In this document: in pieces, positions 1 through 11,737 of the stretch
How the letters are laid out: each line of letters begins with the position of its first letter
Numbering within the stretch: position 1 is the stretch's first letter
DNA from: Malacoraja senta
Taxonomy: Eukaryota
Direction of reading: 5' to 3'
Length of the DNA stretch: 58,704 nt
Assembly: GCA_038087875.1 (NCBI GenBank)
Contig: JAXLNO010000496.1
Coordinates: 186,001-244,704 of the forward strand
Notes under the pieces: model-generated
Databases searched by the model: none
Told to the model about the DNA's origin: nothing
The model's input: only the letters and a program-made list of their open reading frames with translations
Position numbers and translations under genes: made by a program

Positions 1-785
1 GCTGCCACCAGCTTCAGTGAACCGCTTACTGCCCATGAAGACGTGAGGTGCATTGTCACCGAAACTATGAAGCCTTGCTCGTCGTTGGCTTTAATTGGTC
101 CAACAGCTTGTGCTTTGTCCTCCAGGTTTTGCCTGTTGAATAGGTCTTCCCTGAATAGAAGATTCGGCAGCTGGCTCTAACGCCTCTGATAGCGGTGTTC
201 GCTGCATTGTGTTGGGATGGCAACCTTGCTGCTAGGAATGGTACCTCTGACACGTGCCCTTCGTCCCTTGGGGTATGCTCCACGGCTAAACCCTCAGACT
301 CCGCGTCAGATTTACACTGACCCGGCATGTTGTCCTCCTCCATAAGGGAGACATTAAGCAGCCCTGTTACAAGGTGCTGCTGGCTCGGCCTCTGCAATAG
401 GCCCACCCTTCAGGGTCAGAACAAAACTGCCCCAGTAAGCTCACCTCCTCCATTGAGGGAGACATTATGCAGCCCTACTACGGGTGCTGCTGCCATACAT
501 TAAGCAGCCCTGTTACAAGGTGCTGCTGGCGCGGCCTCTCCCATAGGCCGGCACTGCCGCAGACTCGGTATCCCCATTAAGCAGCCCTGTCCAACGCCTG
601 CTGTTGGAGTGTATCTAGATGGAGCTCCCTTCTGGCCAACCTCCAAATCTTCTTATTACCGGAAGGGAACCCTCCCGGCACCAGGGTTGACCATTTTGGT
701 CCATTTACCCCATATCCTGGGGACCACTGCGGTCTGGGTACCTCATTGCTGCTGAATTTCCCCTCCCCGCGAATCCCAGCGTCTG
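1..785 (-). mobile_element. Internal gag-region fragment of a degraded DIRS1-like retrotransposon (duplicate of 22194-22978)
   Basis: Matches sequence lying between the DIRS RT remnant (~21400-21900) and the DIRS terminus at 28314; contains short internal repeats (cattaagcagccctgttacaaggtgctgctgg). Confidence 0.65.
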
Positions 786-1012
786 AGAGCCGTTGGAGAG
801 GTCGCAGAGGGAGGAGCTACACCCGAGCGGTAGGAGTTAAAGAGGAGCGCGGGGCTTGTTCCTTAAAAAGGAACCCAAATCTGCAACGTTCCAAGTTCCA
901 CTTCAAAAACAAGTGGGTTTGAGGAAGCCGCTGATTGGTGGAAGCAGACAAGAGGGAGCAGCTGATTGGGAGTCAGATCCCTGCTGATTGTACTGTATTG
1001 TAGCAGTTTGTT

Positions 1013-2164
1013 TTGTATTATATCCAGGGTAAGGGGGGTATGAGGGCCAGGGCAGTTTACTGTTCTGGATGTCAGATGTATTGTATCCAGGGTAAGGGGA
1101 GTATGAGGGCCAGGGCAGTTTACTGTTCTGGATGTCAGATGTATTGTATCCAGTGTAAGGGGAGTATGAGGGCCAGGGCAGTTTACTGTTCTGGATGTCA
1201 GATGTATTGTATCCAGGGTAAGGGGAGTATGAGGGCCAGGGCAGTTTGCTGTTCTGGATGTCAGATGTGGGAAGTCATGGAGTCTGATAGCCCTCCAGAC
1301 GTCCACATCTGCGCCAGGTGTATTGAGATGGGGCTCCTAATGGACCGTATTAGGAACCTGGAGCAGCAGCTCGATGACCTCCGTCTGGTCAGGGAGAGCG
1401 AGGAAGTCATTGAGAGGAGTTACAGGGATGTGGTCACTCCAACACCACAGGAGGCAGGCAAGTGGATCACGGTTGGGAGAGGCAAGGGGCACAGGCAGGG
1501 ACTAGAGAGTACCCCGGTGGCTGTACACCTTGACAATAAGTACTCCTGTTTGAGCACTGTTGGGGTGGACAGCCTACCTGGGGGTAGCGATAGCGGCCGG
1601 GCCTCCGGTATAGAGACCGGCCCTGTTGCTCAGAAGGGTAAGGAAAAGAAGAGGTGGGCAATACTAATAGGGGACTCTATAGTTAGGTGGTCAGACAGGC
1701 GATTCTGTGGACGCAGTCGGGAGACCCGGATGGTAGTTTGCCTCCCTGGTGCCAGGGTCTGTGATGTGTCTCAACGTGTCCAAGATATCCTGAAAGGGCA
1801 GGGAGAGGAGCCCGAGGTCGTGGTACATATAGGTACCAATGACATAGGTAAAAAAAGAGAAGAGGTCCTGAAAGGAGAATTTAGGGAGTTAGGAGGGGAG
1901 TTAAAGAGAAGGACAGCAAAGGTAACAATCTCGGGATTACTGCATGTGCCACGCGACAGTGAGAGTAGGAATGGAGCGAGGTGGAGGATAAATGCGTGGC
2001 TGAAGGACTCGTGCAGAAGGCAGGGATTCAAATTCCTGGATCATTGGGACCTCTTTTGTGGAAGGTTCGACCAGTACAAAAAGGATGGGTTGCACTTGAA
2101 CCTGAGGGGGACCGATATCCTGGCGGGGAGATCTGCAAAGGCTACTGGGGAGACTTTAAACTAG
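1013..2164 (+). CDS. CR1 ORF1: zinc finger/coiled coil plus SGNH/GDSL esterase, with a 4x21-aa N-terminal repeat
   Basis: CSGC...CARC, coiled coil LMDRIRNLEQQL, GDSIVR, HIGTND and DGLHL motifs; frame open. The true start is probably the ATG of MRARAV. Confidence 0.85.
   Translation: MYYIQGKGGMRARAVYCSGCQMYCIQGKGSMRARAVYCSGCQMYCIQCKGSMRARAVYCSGCQMYCIQGKGSMRARAVCCSGCQMWEVMESDSPPDVHICARCIEMGLLMDRIRNLEQQLDDLRLVRESEEVIERSYRDVVTPTPQEAGKWITVGRGKGHRQGLESTPVAVHLDNKYSCLSTVGVDSLPGGSDSGRASGIETGPVAQKGKEKKRWAILIGDSIVRWSDRRFCGRSRETRMVVCLPGARVCDVSQRVQDILKGQGEEPEVVVHIGTNDIGKKREEVLKGEFRELGGELKRRTAKVTISGLLHVPRDSESRNGARWRINAWLKDSCRRQGFKFLDHWDLFCGRFDQYKKDGLHLNLRGTDILAGRSAKATGETLN
1014..1265 (+). repeat. 63-bp in-frame tandem repeat, 4 units
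   Basis: Unit tgtattgtatccagggtaaggggagtatgagggccagggcagtttactgttctggatgtcaga starts at 1014, 1077, 1140 and 1203. Confidence 0.95.
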
Positions 2165-2471
2165 AATAGTTGGGGGGAGGGACTCAAATAGAGAATGCTA
2201 TTAGACAGTGTGTGAGGCAGGAGGCAGAGAAGAAAAGCACTCAGACCCAACATGTAGGGGGGAAAGAAGAAAACATTAATAAACAGAGAATAAGAGGTGG
2301 TGGGGTTCTTAAATGGGTGAGCAGAGAAAAGAGGGGTGTAAAATGCGGGCGGAAGCAATAGGTAGCAAGGTGAAAAGTAAAAGTGGCAGGCAGACAAATC
2401 CAGGGCAAAAATCAAAAAGAGCCACTTTTCAACATAATTGTATAAGGGGTAAGAGCGTTGTAAAAACAAGC

Positions 2472-5051
2472 CTGAAGGCTTTGTGTCTCAATGCAAGGAG
2501 CATTCGCAATTAGGTGGATGAGTTGAACGTGCAGATAGCAATTAATGATTATGATATAGTTGGGATCACGGAGACATGGCTCCAGGGTGACCAAGGCTGG
2601 GAGCTGAACATCCAGGGATATTCAATATTCAGGAGGGATAGAGAGAAAGGAAAAGGAGGTGGGGTAGCGTTGCTGGTTAGAGAGGAGATTAACGCAGTGG
2701 AAAGGAAGGGCATTAGCTTGGAGGATGTGGAATCGGTATGGGTAGAGCTGCGAAACACTAAGGGGCAGAAAACGCTGGTGGGTGTTGTGTACAGGCCACA
2801 TAGCAGTAGTACTGAAGTTGGGGATGGCATCAAACAGGAAATTAGAAATGCGTGCAACAAAGGCAAAACAGTTATAATGGGTGACTTCAATCTACATATA
2901 GATTGGGTGAATCAAATTGGCAGGGGTGCTGAGGAAGAGGATTTCTTGGAATGTATGCGGGATAGTTATCTAAACCAACATGTAGAGGCACCAACGAGAG
3001 AGCAGGCTATTCTAGACTGGGTATTGAGTAATGAGGAAGGGTTAGTTAGCAGTCTTGTTGTGCGTGCCCCCTTGGGCAAGAGTGACCATAATATGGTTGA
3101 GTTCTTCATTAGGATGGAGAGTGACATTGTTAATTCAGAAACAACGGTTCTGAACTTAAAGAAAGGTAACTTTGAGGGTATGAGACGTGAATTGGCCAAG
3201 ATTGACGGGCAATTAGTTCTAAAAGGGTTGACGGTGGATATGCAATGGAAGCCATTTAAAGACTGCATGGATGAACTACAAAAAATGTTCATCCCAGTTT
3301 GGCAAAAGAATAAATCAGGGAAGGTAGTGCATCCGTGGATAACAAGGGAAATCAGGGATAGTATCAAAGCAAAAGATGATGCGTACAAATTAGCCAGAAT
3401 ACGCAGCATACCAGAGGACTGGGAGAAATTCAGAGACCAGCAGAGGAGGACAAAGGGCTTAATTAGGAAAGGGAAAATAGATTATGAAAGGAAACTGGCA
3501 GGGAACATAAAAACTGACTGCAAAAGTTTTTATAGATATGTGAAGAGAAAGAGATTAGTTAAAACAAATGTACGTCCCTTGCAGTCAGAAACAGGTGAAT
3601 TGATCATGGGGAACAAGGATATGGCGGACCAATTGAATAACTACTTTGGTTCCGTCTTCACCAAGGAAGACATAAATAATCTGCCGGAAATAGCAGGGGG
3701 CCGCGGGTCAAAGGAGATGGAGGAACTGAGTGAAATCCAGGTTACACGGGAAGTGGTGTTGGGTAAATTGAATGGATTAAAGGCCGATAAATCACCAGGG
3801 CCTGATAGGCTGCATCCCAGAGTACTTAAGGAAGTAGCTCCAGAAATAGTGGATGCATTAGTGATAATTTTTCAAAACTCTTTAGATTCTGGAGTAGTTC
3901 CTTAGGATTGGAGGGTAGCAAACGTAACCCCACTTTTTAAGAAGGGAGGGAGAGAGAAAACGGGGAATTACAGACCAGTTAGTCTAACATCGGTTGTGGG
4001 GAAACTGCTAGAGTCAGTTATTAAAGATGGGATAGCAGCACATTTGGAAAGTGGTGAAATCATTGGACAAAGTCAGCATGGATTTACGAAAGGTAAATCG
4101 TGTCTGACGAATCTTATAGAATTTTTCGAGGATGTAACTAGTAGAGTGGATAGGGGAGAACCAGTGGATGTGTTGTATCTGGACTTTCAGAAGGCTTTCG
4201 ACAAGGTACCACATAAGAGATTAGGATACAAACTTAAATCACACGGTATTGGGGGTTCAGTATTGATGTGGATAGAGAACTGGCTGGCAAACAGGAAGCA
4301 AAGAGTAGGAGTAAACGGGTCCTTTTCATAATGGCAGGCAGTGACTAGTGGGGTACCGCAAGGCTCAGTGCTGGGACCCAAGCTATTTACAATTTATATT
4401 AATTATCTGGACGAGGGAATTGAAAGCAACATCTCCAAGTTTGCGGATGACACTAAGCTGGGGGGCAGTGTTAGCTGTGAGGAGGATGCTAGGAGACTGC
4501 AAGGTGACTTGGATAGGCTGGGTGAGTGGGCAAATGTTTGGCAGATGCAGTATAATGTGGATAAATGTGAGGTTATCCACTTTGGTGCCAAAAACGGGAA
4601 GGCAGACTATTATCTAAATGGTGGCCGATTAGGAAATGGGGAGATTGCGAGAGACCTGGGTGTCATGGTACACCAGTCATTGAAAGTAGGCATGCAGGTG
4701 CAGCAAGCAGTGCAGAAAGCGAATGGTATGTTGGCCTTCATAGCAAGAGGATTTGAGTATCAGAGCAGGGAGGTTCCACTGCAGTTGTACAGGGTCTTGG
4801 TGAGACCACACCTGGAGTATTGCGTAAAGTTTTGGTCTCCAAATCTGAGGAAGGACATTATAGCCATAGAGGGAGTGCAGAGAAGGTTCACCAGACTGAT
4901 TCCTGGGATGTCAGGACTTTCATGTGAAGAAAGACTGGATAGACTTGGCTTATACTCGCTAGAATTTAGGAGATTGAGAGGGGATCTTATAGAAACGTAC
5001 AAAATTCTTATGGGGTTGGACAGGCTAGGTGCAGGAAGATTGTTCCCGATG
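2472..5051 (+). pseudogene. CR1 ORF2 (APE endonuclease + reverse transcriptase), inactivated
   Basis: [44 protein letters not shown] motifs; stops at 2511, 3903 and 4329. Confidence 0.93.
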
Positions 5052-5316
5052 GGCAAACTTCCCTTGACAGGCGAGGACATGACGGACAGAGCCACATGAT
5101 CACTGTCATTTTTCCTGAGTTGGAAGGCAGGTTCCGAATTCAGTGATGAAAAGGCGTCATTGAGCAACAGACAGATAGCACAGAACCGGGTTATTGTGTC
5201 GGCGTCGACCAACAATGGACTCGACAAACAGCAGCGTTGTTGGTGGAGAAGCTGCCTCAGTGACCCGTGTTTAATCTTGACATCAGATGATGCCTGAGGA
5301 AGATTGGACGTTCTCA
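5052..5316 (-). pseudogene. Candidate host exon, truncated at the duplication junction
   Basis: Acceptor catgtactatcacag|TGAGA at 5317-5318; open frame VRTSNLPQ...VKGSLP runs into the CR1 junction; not TE-like. Confidence 0.45.
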
Positions 5317-6059
5317 CTGTGATAGTACATGTTTCCTCCTGGATGCTGTGGTTTCATCCCATGTTCCAGAGGACGTGCTGGTTAGCAGGTTAATTTACGT
5401 TTGGAGGCTTGAATATCTTCAGTGTTCCTGACTCCCAATTCCACAGCTTTCTGGCAGAGAAAATTATAAAGGATTGTCCTATTATTTATTTTAAATGAGA
5501 GACCCTTTATTCTGAAATTGTGCCCCAGTTTCATATCTGCCCAAGAAGAAATATCCCCACTGTATCAAGTTTCTTGCTGTTCAGAATCTTATTTCTTTAA
5601 AATTGTCTCTTTCTTTGAAACTCAGGTGAGTATGGGCTCAACGTCCTCACAGGTGCACCTCTTCATTCCAGGAATTAATCCAGTGAACCTTCTCCGCACG
5701 GACTCCAATGTCAATGTCTTTATGCAGTCTCCAGATGTGGTGCTACCAGCACCCCGTGCAGTTGCATCTAAACTTGCCTTCTGTTAACGGTCCAAACATC
5801 TGCAAATTTACACTGACTTTACATCGCGTTCATGTCATCAGGTAGAATTATGCCATTCAACACATCGAGTCTACTCCGCGATTCTCTCTTCTGATCTATC
5901 CTTCTCTCTGAAACCCATTTTCCTGCCTTCTCCCGATAACTTTTGACACCCGTAATCAAGAACCTTGTCAATCTCAGACATAAAAAATACACATGGACTT
6001 GGCACCCACAGCCGTTAAGACAGTGAATTCCACAGATACACCATGCTCTGACTAAAGAT

Positions 6060-6650
6060 CTCAGTCAACGGAAAGACAATACATGATTATAATCGAGCAA
6101 TTTACATAGATAATGGAATAACGTTTAGTGTAATGTAAAGCCAGCAAAATCTGATCCAGGATAGTCCGTGAGTCAGCAATGAGGTGGATAGTAGTTCAAG
6201 GCTGCTCTTTTGTTGTGGTATGATGATTCAGTTGCCTAATAATAGCTGGGAGGAAACTGTTCCTTTATCTGGAGTTGTGCGATTTCACACTTCTATACCC
6301 TTTACCTGATGGGAGAGGGGAGAAGAGGGAGTGACCAGGCTGCGAATCGTCCTTGATTACGCTGCTGGCCTTGCCGGGGCAGAGCGAGGCATAAATTGAG
6401 TCAATGGAAGGGAGGTTGGGTTGTGTGATGATCTGGGCTGCGTGTACAATTCACTGCAATCCTGATAAAAGGTTTTTTATAGACCACCTGTAGAATTTAG
6501 TGAGAGTTGTAGGGGACATGCCGACCCTCCTAAGCCTTCTATGAAAGTGGGGGCTTTGTCGTGTTTTCTTGGTCATTGCTTCAATATGGTCTTTGCTCCA
6601 GAAGAAGTTGTTGGTGATATTGACTCTGAGGAATTTGAGGTTTTCAACTC
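6060..6650 (-). mobile_element. Degraded 3' fragment of a Rex1/Babar- or L2-like LINE
   Basis: Resembles RT C-terminus/3' end motifs of fish Rex-type LINEs (gggaggaaactgttcc...ctgatgggagaggggagaag); recognised by eye only. Confidence 0.5.
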
Positions 6651-7110
6651 ATCTCGTTTCTAAAGGTATGAGCCTTCCTAATTATTTGCTCTACCTAAAC
6701 GTTTTAGTGTTGTAGAAATTACAGATTCCAATGTAAAATACCATATAATTTAGGTTTCAATTCTTCCAAATTGAATAACATCACATTTTCCTACGTTATA
6801 CTCCATTACATTCCATGTTTTGCCCTAACTCTTTACCTATTTAACTCATTTATAGATGATTCTGCCTCCTCACAGTGTACTGACCCATCAATCTGTTTAT
6901 CATCAGCAAAGTAGTGCCAGTTACTCACAGTCTTATCATATGTCATGTTTATATATTTAAATAGCAGAGGCCCAACTCGTCTCCATGCGGCAATCAAGTC
7001 GTATCTACTAATTGTTAATCGGTTTTCAATATGTGCCTAATATGTGCATTGCCGACGTTGTGAATGTTTTGTGATGATCGCCACGGCAGGGTACCCAGGT
7101 TTTGATTTAC

Positions 7111-7204
7111 TCTGAAGCAGGGTCTCGACCCGAAACGTCACCCATTCCTTCTCTCCAGAGTTGCTGCCTGGCCCACTGAGTTACTCCAACATTTTGTGTC
7201 TATC
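7111..7204 (+). mobile_element. Short Penelope pLTR-type insertion with a hammerhead-like motif and 10-bp flanking repeat
   Basis: tctgaagcagggtctcgacccgaaacgtca...; tttgatttac at 7101-7110 and 7205-7214. Confidence 0.8.
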
Positions 7205-7375
7205 TTTGATTTACACTTGATGGAACACTATTCACATGACCGGATTAGTTCAGTTCTGGTCTGTGGATGGTGCGCAGTTGTGTGACGGCCATTGACTGTG
7301 AAAATTGAGTAGTTGAACTCTGTCCTGTTGGAAATATTCATTGCCTGAAAATGGTGTGATGTGAATGTAGCTCAC

Positions 7376-7688
7376 CTCTGCCTGGCCCTTAATACTTTCT
7401 TGGTCTTGATTCAAGGTACTGCCCTCGAGCTACAACCCCCTATTTTTAGACCACTGGAGGGTGCACCTTCTCGGTGGGACAGGTGGTACCCAGCAATTGT
7501 GATGGAAAGTTCGGTCTTCCTGTTTGTGAAGTTTGATTCTGGGTGACTTTCACTGTGTCATGTTGTGGTGGTGGACTCAGTAATATGGGGTTTATCCAAG
7601 TTGAGGCAGTGGTCCCCTGAAGTTTGTGTGGAGAACTTTGCACAGACTGGTCTGAGTGGTTCTTGCATGTTCACTGCCTTGTATGTAT
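7376..7688 (-). pseudogene. Candidate decayed host exon
   Basis: Acceptor tgtttattcag at 7689-7690, donor CAGAG|gtgagc at 7375; one long frame (TYKAVNMQEPLRPVCAK...KVLRARQ) with two TGA stops consistent with CpG decay. Confidence 0.5.
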
Positions 7689-8019
7689 CTGAATAAACAG
7701 CCTGTTATATTAATTTAACTGTGTAAAGCAGGGAACTTAAAAATGTCATCGTGCAATTCAATAATGGGTGAATGGTCTTTGGTGTATGTTACGGCATATT
7801 TTCATCATTGTACCGATTTCATTGGCCTGCCCCTGTGGATGCAACAGACGTCCATATTCAGTTCAACTCTAACTGAGTATGGATTTACTGAATGCACTGA
7901 GGTCTAGTTCGGGATAAAGCAAACATTGGATTTGCTGCTTGTGTTTAGAAAATGTATCTCAATATTCAAGATTCATCTTTGTTGTAATGAAGTATAGCAG
8001 GAAATGTTGAATTTCTTAC

Positions 8020-8361
8020 TTTTCAGTTACCTGTGGTGAGCAACTTCCTCCATTGCCAGGGCAACAGTGGTGCAGGAAAAGTTACACATTGTGTAGGATG
8101 GAACTGCAGATGCTGGTTTAAATCGTAGGTAGACACAAAATGCTGGAGTAACTCAGCGGGACAGGCAGCATCTCTGGAGAGAAGGAATGGGTGACGTTTC
8201 TGGTCCCGTTCCTTTTTCAGACGTTACACATTGTTATCTTACTCTGACCGCTGCCCTTTAGCAGAGAGAGTTCAGCTTTTGGAGCCGATGCAATAGAATG
8301 ATAGTGGGAGAAGAACAGGCGTTGCCTTCATCTTCTGTGGAATAGGGTTGTATACAGCTCA
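8020..8361 (-). pseudogene. Candidate decayed host exon interrupted by a 130-bp repeat; paralogous to 30138-30414
   Basis: Acceptor cacactttttgcag|TGAGC; possible donors at 8030 (AG|gtaact) or 8019 (gtaag). Peptides HYHSIASA...MCN...TVALAMEEVAHH vs NYHSAASA...MCN...VVALATEDVVHQ at ~30150-30290. Confidence 0.55.
8093..8222 (-). mobile_element. Short Penelope pLTR-type insertion with 12-bp TSD
   Basis: gttacacattgt at 8081-8092 and 8223-8234; reverse strand begins gtctgaaaaaggaacgggaccagaaacgtca. Confidence 0.85.
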
Positions 8362-9000
8362 CTGCAAAAAGTGTGAATAAATTAGTGGAGTGAATGTAAA
8401 TACTCCATTTAGAAAAAGGCCGTTTGAGTCGGGATGTTGCAATCATTCTACAGCAGTAATTATATATTGATTAAAATCAAAAGTGCAGAAGATTAAATTT
8501 GTAATGAAAAACAGAAGACGCTGGAAGCACACTTGGATCAGGCAGCTTCTGTGGGCCGGACCAGTTCTGATGAATGGTCTGTATTCTACCTGGAAGGTTA
8601 ACTGTTTCTTTCTTCAGATGCTGCCTGACGGCCTATTGTCCTTTCATATAAATGTCTCGTTCACTGCTGCTGTGGAAGAAAATGGCAGATAGCTGTGCCT
8701 GGCAATGTCCCACATACCAATGGGATAATGAATATGTTATGTGCTTAGTTTAGGAAAGAGGTTTGGTTAAAATACGTTATAGGGAAATAGCAGGAGACTC
8801 CTTTCCTCAACGAGGTGATTTCAGGATAAGAGGTTTACCCATTTAATTCTGACCTAGATTTTTCAGGCATGATGTTGGAGGATTATTAGTAAATATCCCC
8901 AAACGGACTGGATCACTGCCATTCACCTGCCATTGCCACAGGTCCAGGACAAATGCCTTCTCGCTGGAAATGCACTCGCCTATGAAATATATGGATATCA

Positions 9001-9935
9001 AACATAGAAGATAGGTGCAGGCCATTCGGCCCTATGTGTCATACCCGCCATTCAAAATGATCATGGCTGATCATCCAAAATTAATAACCAGTTCCTGCTT
9101 TCCCCCCATATCCCTTGATCCTGTTAGACCTAAAGCTAAATCTAACTCTCTCTTGAAAACATCCAGTGAATTGGCCTCCACTGCCTCCTGTGGCAGAGAA
9201 TTCCACAGATTCACAACTACCTGGGTGAAAAAGTTTTTCCTCTTCACTGTCCTAAATGGGAGTTGTAAATTGTAACCCTTGGTTCTGGACTCCCTCAACA
9301 CCGGAAACATTTTTCCTTCATCTAGCCTGTCCAATCCCTTAAGAATTGTATATGTTTCTATAAGATATCCTCTCATCCTTCTAAATTCCAGTCAATATAA
9401 GGCAGTTGATCCATTCTTTCATCATATGTCAGTACCGCCATCCCGGGAATTAACCTTGTGAACCTACGCTGCACACCCTCAACAGCAAGAATGTCCTTCC
9501 TTAAATTAGGGGACCAAAACGGCACACAATACTCCAGGTGTGGTCTCACCAGGGCTCTGTACAACTGCAGTAGGACCTTCTTGCTCCTATACTCAAATCC
9601 TCTCGCTATGAAGGCCAACATGCCATTTGTTTTCTTCACTGCCTGCTGTACCTACATGTTTACCTTCAGTGACTAGTGTACAAGCACACCCAGGTCTCGT
9701 TGCACCTCCCCTTTTCCTAATCTAACACCTTTCAGATAATAATCTGCCTTCATGTTGTTGCCACCAAAGTGGATAACTTCCCATTTATCCACATTATACT
9801 GCATCTGCCATGCATCTGCCTACTCCAACAACCTATTCTTGTCACCCTGAAGCCTCCTCGCAGCTGACACTGCCACCCAGCTTAGTGTCATCCGCAAACC
9901 TGGAGTTGTTACATTTAATTCCTTCGTCTAAATCG
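9001..9935 (-). mobile_element. 5'-truncated CR1 LINE (RT C-terminus and 3' tail)
   Basis: ORFs with LYRALVRPHLEYC and VVNLWNSLP; ctatgtt-type tail near 9001. Confidence 0.9.
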
Positions 9936-10016
9936 TACATATTGAATTCCTTTGTCTACATCGTTAATATTGAATTAATTCGTCTAAATCGTTAATATAA
10001 AGTGAATTTATCAAGG

Positions 10017-11440
10017 TGACTTGCATCAGACTCCTGTTTATTGACAATAGCTCCACCTTCAACACCGTTATTTCAAGCAAACTCTTGAACCAAGACTTTG
10101 TATCCCTCTCTGAAACTAGATCATTGACTTCTTGAACCATAGACTGCATTCAGTAAGGATCGGTAACAAAATATCCTCCTTGATAATTCTCAATAACAGT
10201 GCAGCCTAAGGCTACATTCTCAACCCTAATGCCCCTGTCCCACTTAGGAAACCTGAATGGAAACCTCTGGAGACTTTGCGCCCCACCCAAGGTTTCCGTG
10301 CGGTTCCTGGAGGTTTTTGTCAGTCTCCCTAATGGTCGAATGTGGTTTCCGCTTCTTCTATGTTCCGGCGATTATTTCAAAAAATTGCTAGTTCAAGGTG
10401 GTTGCCGGAGGTTGCAGGTAGTGGAAGGTAAGACCTCCCTGGTAGAATAAAACTGGTTAAAAAAAAGGTCTTACCTTCCACTACCTGCAACCTCCGGCAA
10501 CCACCTTCAACTAGCATCGCAACCGGCTTCGACTAAAAAATTACCGATTTTTAAAACGGCAACCTATTTTATGTCGTGGCCGGTTTTGAATTTTTTGAAA
10601 TAATCGCCGGAACATAGAAGAAACGGAAACTACTTTCGACCATTAGGGAGAGTGACAAAAACCTCTAGGAACCGCACGGAAACCTTGGGTGGGGCGCAAA
10701 GTCTCCAGAGGTTTCTGTTCAGGTTTCCTAAGTGGGACAGGGGCATTACTATACTATCTGCACACTCACAAACGTGCGATCAAATTCTGTTCTAACTCAA
10801 TTTACAAGTTTGCAAATGACACGACTGTAGATGGCCTACTCTCAAACAATAAGGAGACAGTGTACAGGTATGTGATAGAATGTTGTGTCATGGTCTCAAG
10901 CTAACAACCTTTTCCATGATGCCAGCAAAACGTAGGAGAAAGTTGTTAAGTTAAGGAAGCGAGTTGGTGTACACGCCAATGTTAGCATCAATGGTTTTGA
11001 ACAGAAAAATGTATGAGAACTCCAAACTCCGAGGCATAAATACCAGCAACTAGTTGTCCTGTTACAACTAGATTGAAGTGGTTGGCAAGAACGCGCACCA
11101 ATGCCTTTGCTTCCTCGGAAGACAATGTAAATTCAGTATGTCCTCAATGACACTTCGGAATGGCTACGAATGCACCACAGAAAGCATCCTATCATGTTAC
11201 ATCTTCATTTGTCATCAGCTCTGCCCAAGTCCGCAGGAAATTGAAGAAAGTTGTTGACGTACGTCTTCCAACAGCCAAACCAGTCTCCGCTTCCTGCCTC
11301 CCCCCCCCTTCAGCTCCATCTATATTGATGGTGCCATAGGAAAGCAGCCAGCATCACAAAGTACCAGACACAACCCGATCATTTCCTCTTCTCCTCCTCT
11401 CTCCCAGGAGATACAAAGGCTAGAAAACAGCTTTCCCTGT
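10017..11440 (+). mobile_element. Degraded Rex1/Babar-type LINE RT fragment, interrupted by a MITE
   Basis: Decayed IRLLFIDxSSxFNT (~10025-10070) and IYKFANDTTV (~10800) motifs. Confidence 0.7.
10229..10746. mobile_element. Foldback MITE with long TIRs and TA target duplication
   Basis: atgcccctgtcccacttaggaaacctgaa... is reverse-complementary to ...ttcaggtttcctaagtgggacaggggcat over ~150 bp; TA at 10227-10228 and 10747-10748; a second internal inverted pair lies at 10388-10436/10466-10514. Confidence 0.9.
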
Positions 11441-11737
11441 CGTGAATCTGTCGTATTTATTCCCAATCTTCTAATCTACTTCCTGGTAGACGTCGCACTT
11501 CATTGTTATCTGAACTTACTCTGTTGTTATCATATTTCATTCAGTATTCTGTGTATTTCTTCTTTTGCACAACCTGCAGTATTAAAACAAAAGCCACGAA
11601 ATGCTGGAGTAAATGAGCAGGCCCGGGCCTACCCCTTACCGACAGCGCTCTGTCTCACCATTCCTCTCTTCCAGATTTATTGCCAACCTCCACCCCAATC
11701 ACTGCAAACAGTCTGAAAAAGTGTTCCGACCTCAATT

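Larger units (their letters stand above)
1..5051. repeat. Segmental duplication, copy 1 (DIRS gag fragment plus CR1), near-identical to 22194-27304
   Basis: Position 1 (gctgccaccagcttcagtgaacc) aligns with 22194. The match stays colinear with scattered substitutions to ...tgttcccgatg (5051/27304). Both copies share the same premature TAG stops (2511/24768 and 3903/26160). Confidence 0.95.
786..5051 (+). mobile_element. CR1 LINE, chimeric (B-type 5'UTR/ORF1 with A-type ORF2), 3' end cut off by the duplication junction
   Basis: ORF1 with CxxC zinc finger and SGNH esterase; ORF2 with APE endonuclease and RT (FADDTK); sequence switches to non-CR1 after 5051. Confidence 0.93.

Noticed and set aside
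1014..1265. CRISPR-like array (also 23207-23521 and 27708-28009)
   Set aside because: The units are contiguous with no unique spacers, there are no cas genes, and the context is eukaryotic TEs.
2549..3409. Antisense ORFs over CR1 ORF2 (also 14791-15447, 15680-16669, 31980-32372 and others)
   Set aside because: These are shadow frames of the LINE coding sequence, with no independent motifs.
5330..5400. Possible tRNA-derived SINE core fragment
   Set aside because: Too short and degraded to support; no tRNA or rRNA gene is recognisable anywhere in the window.
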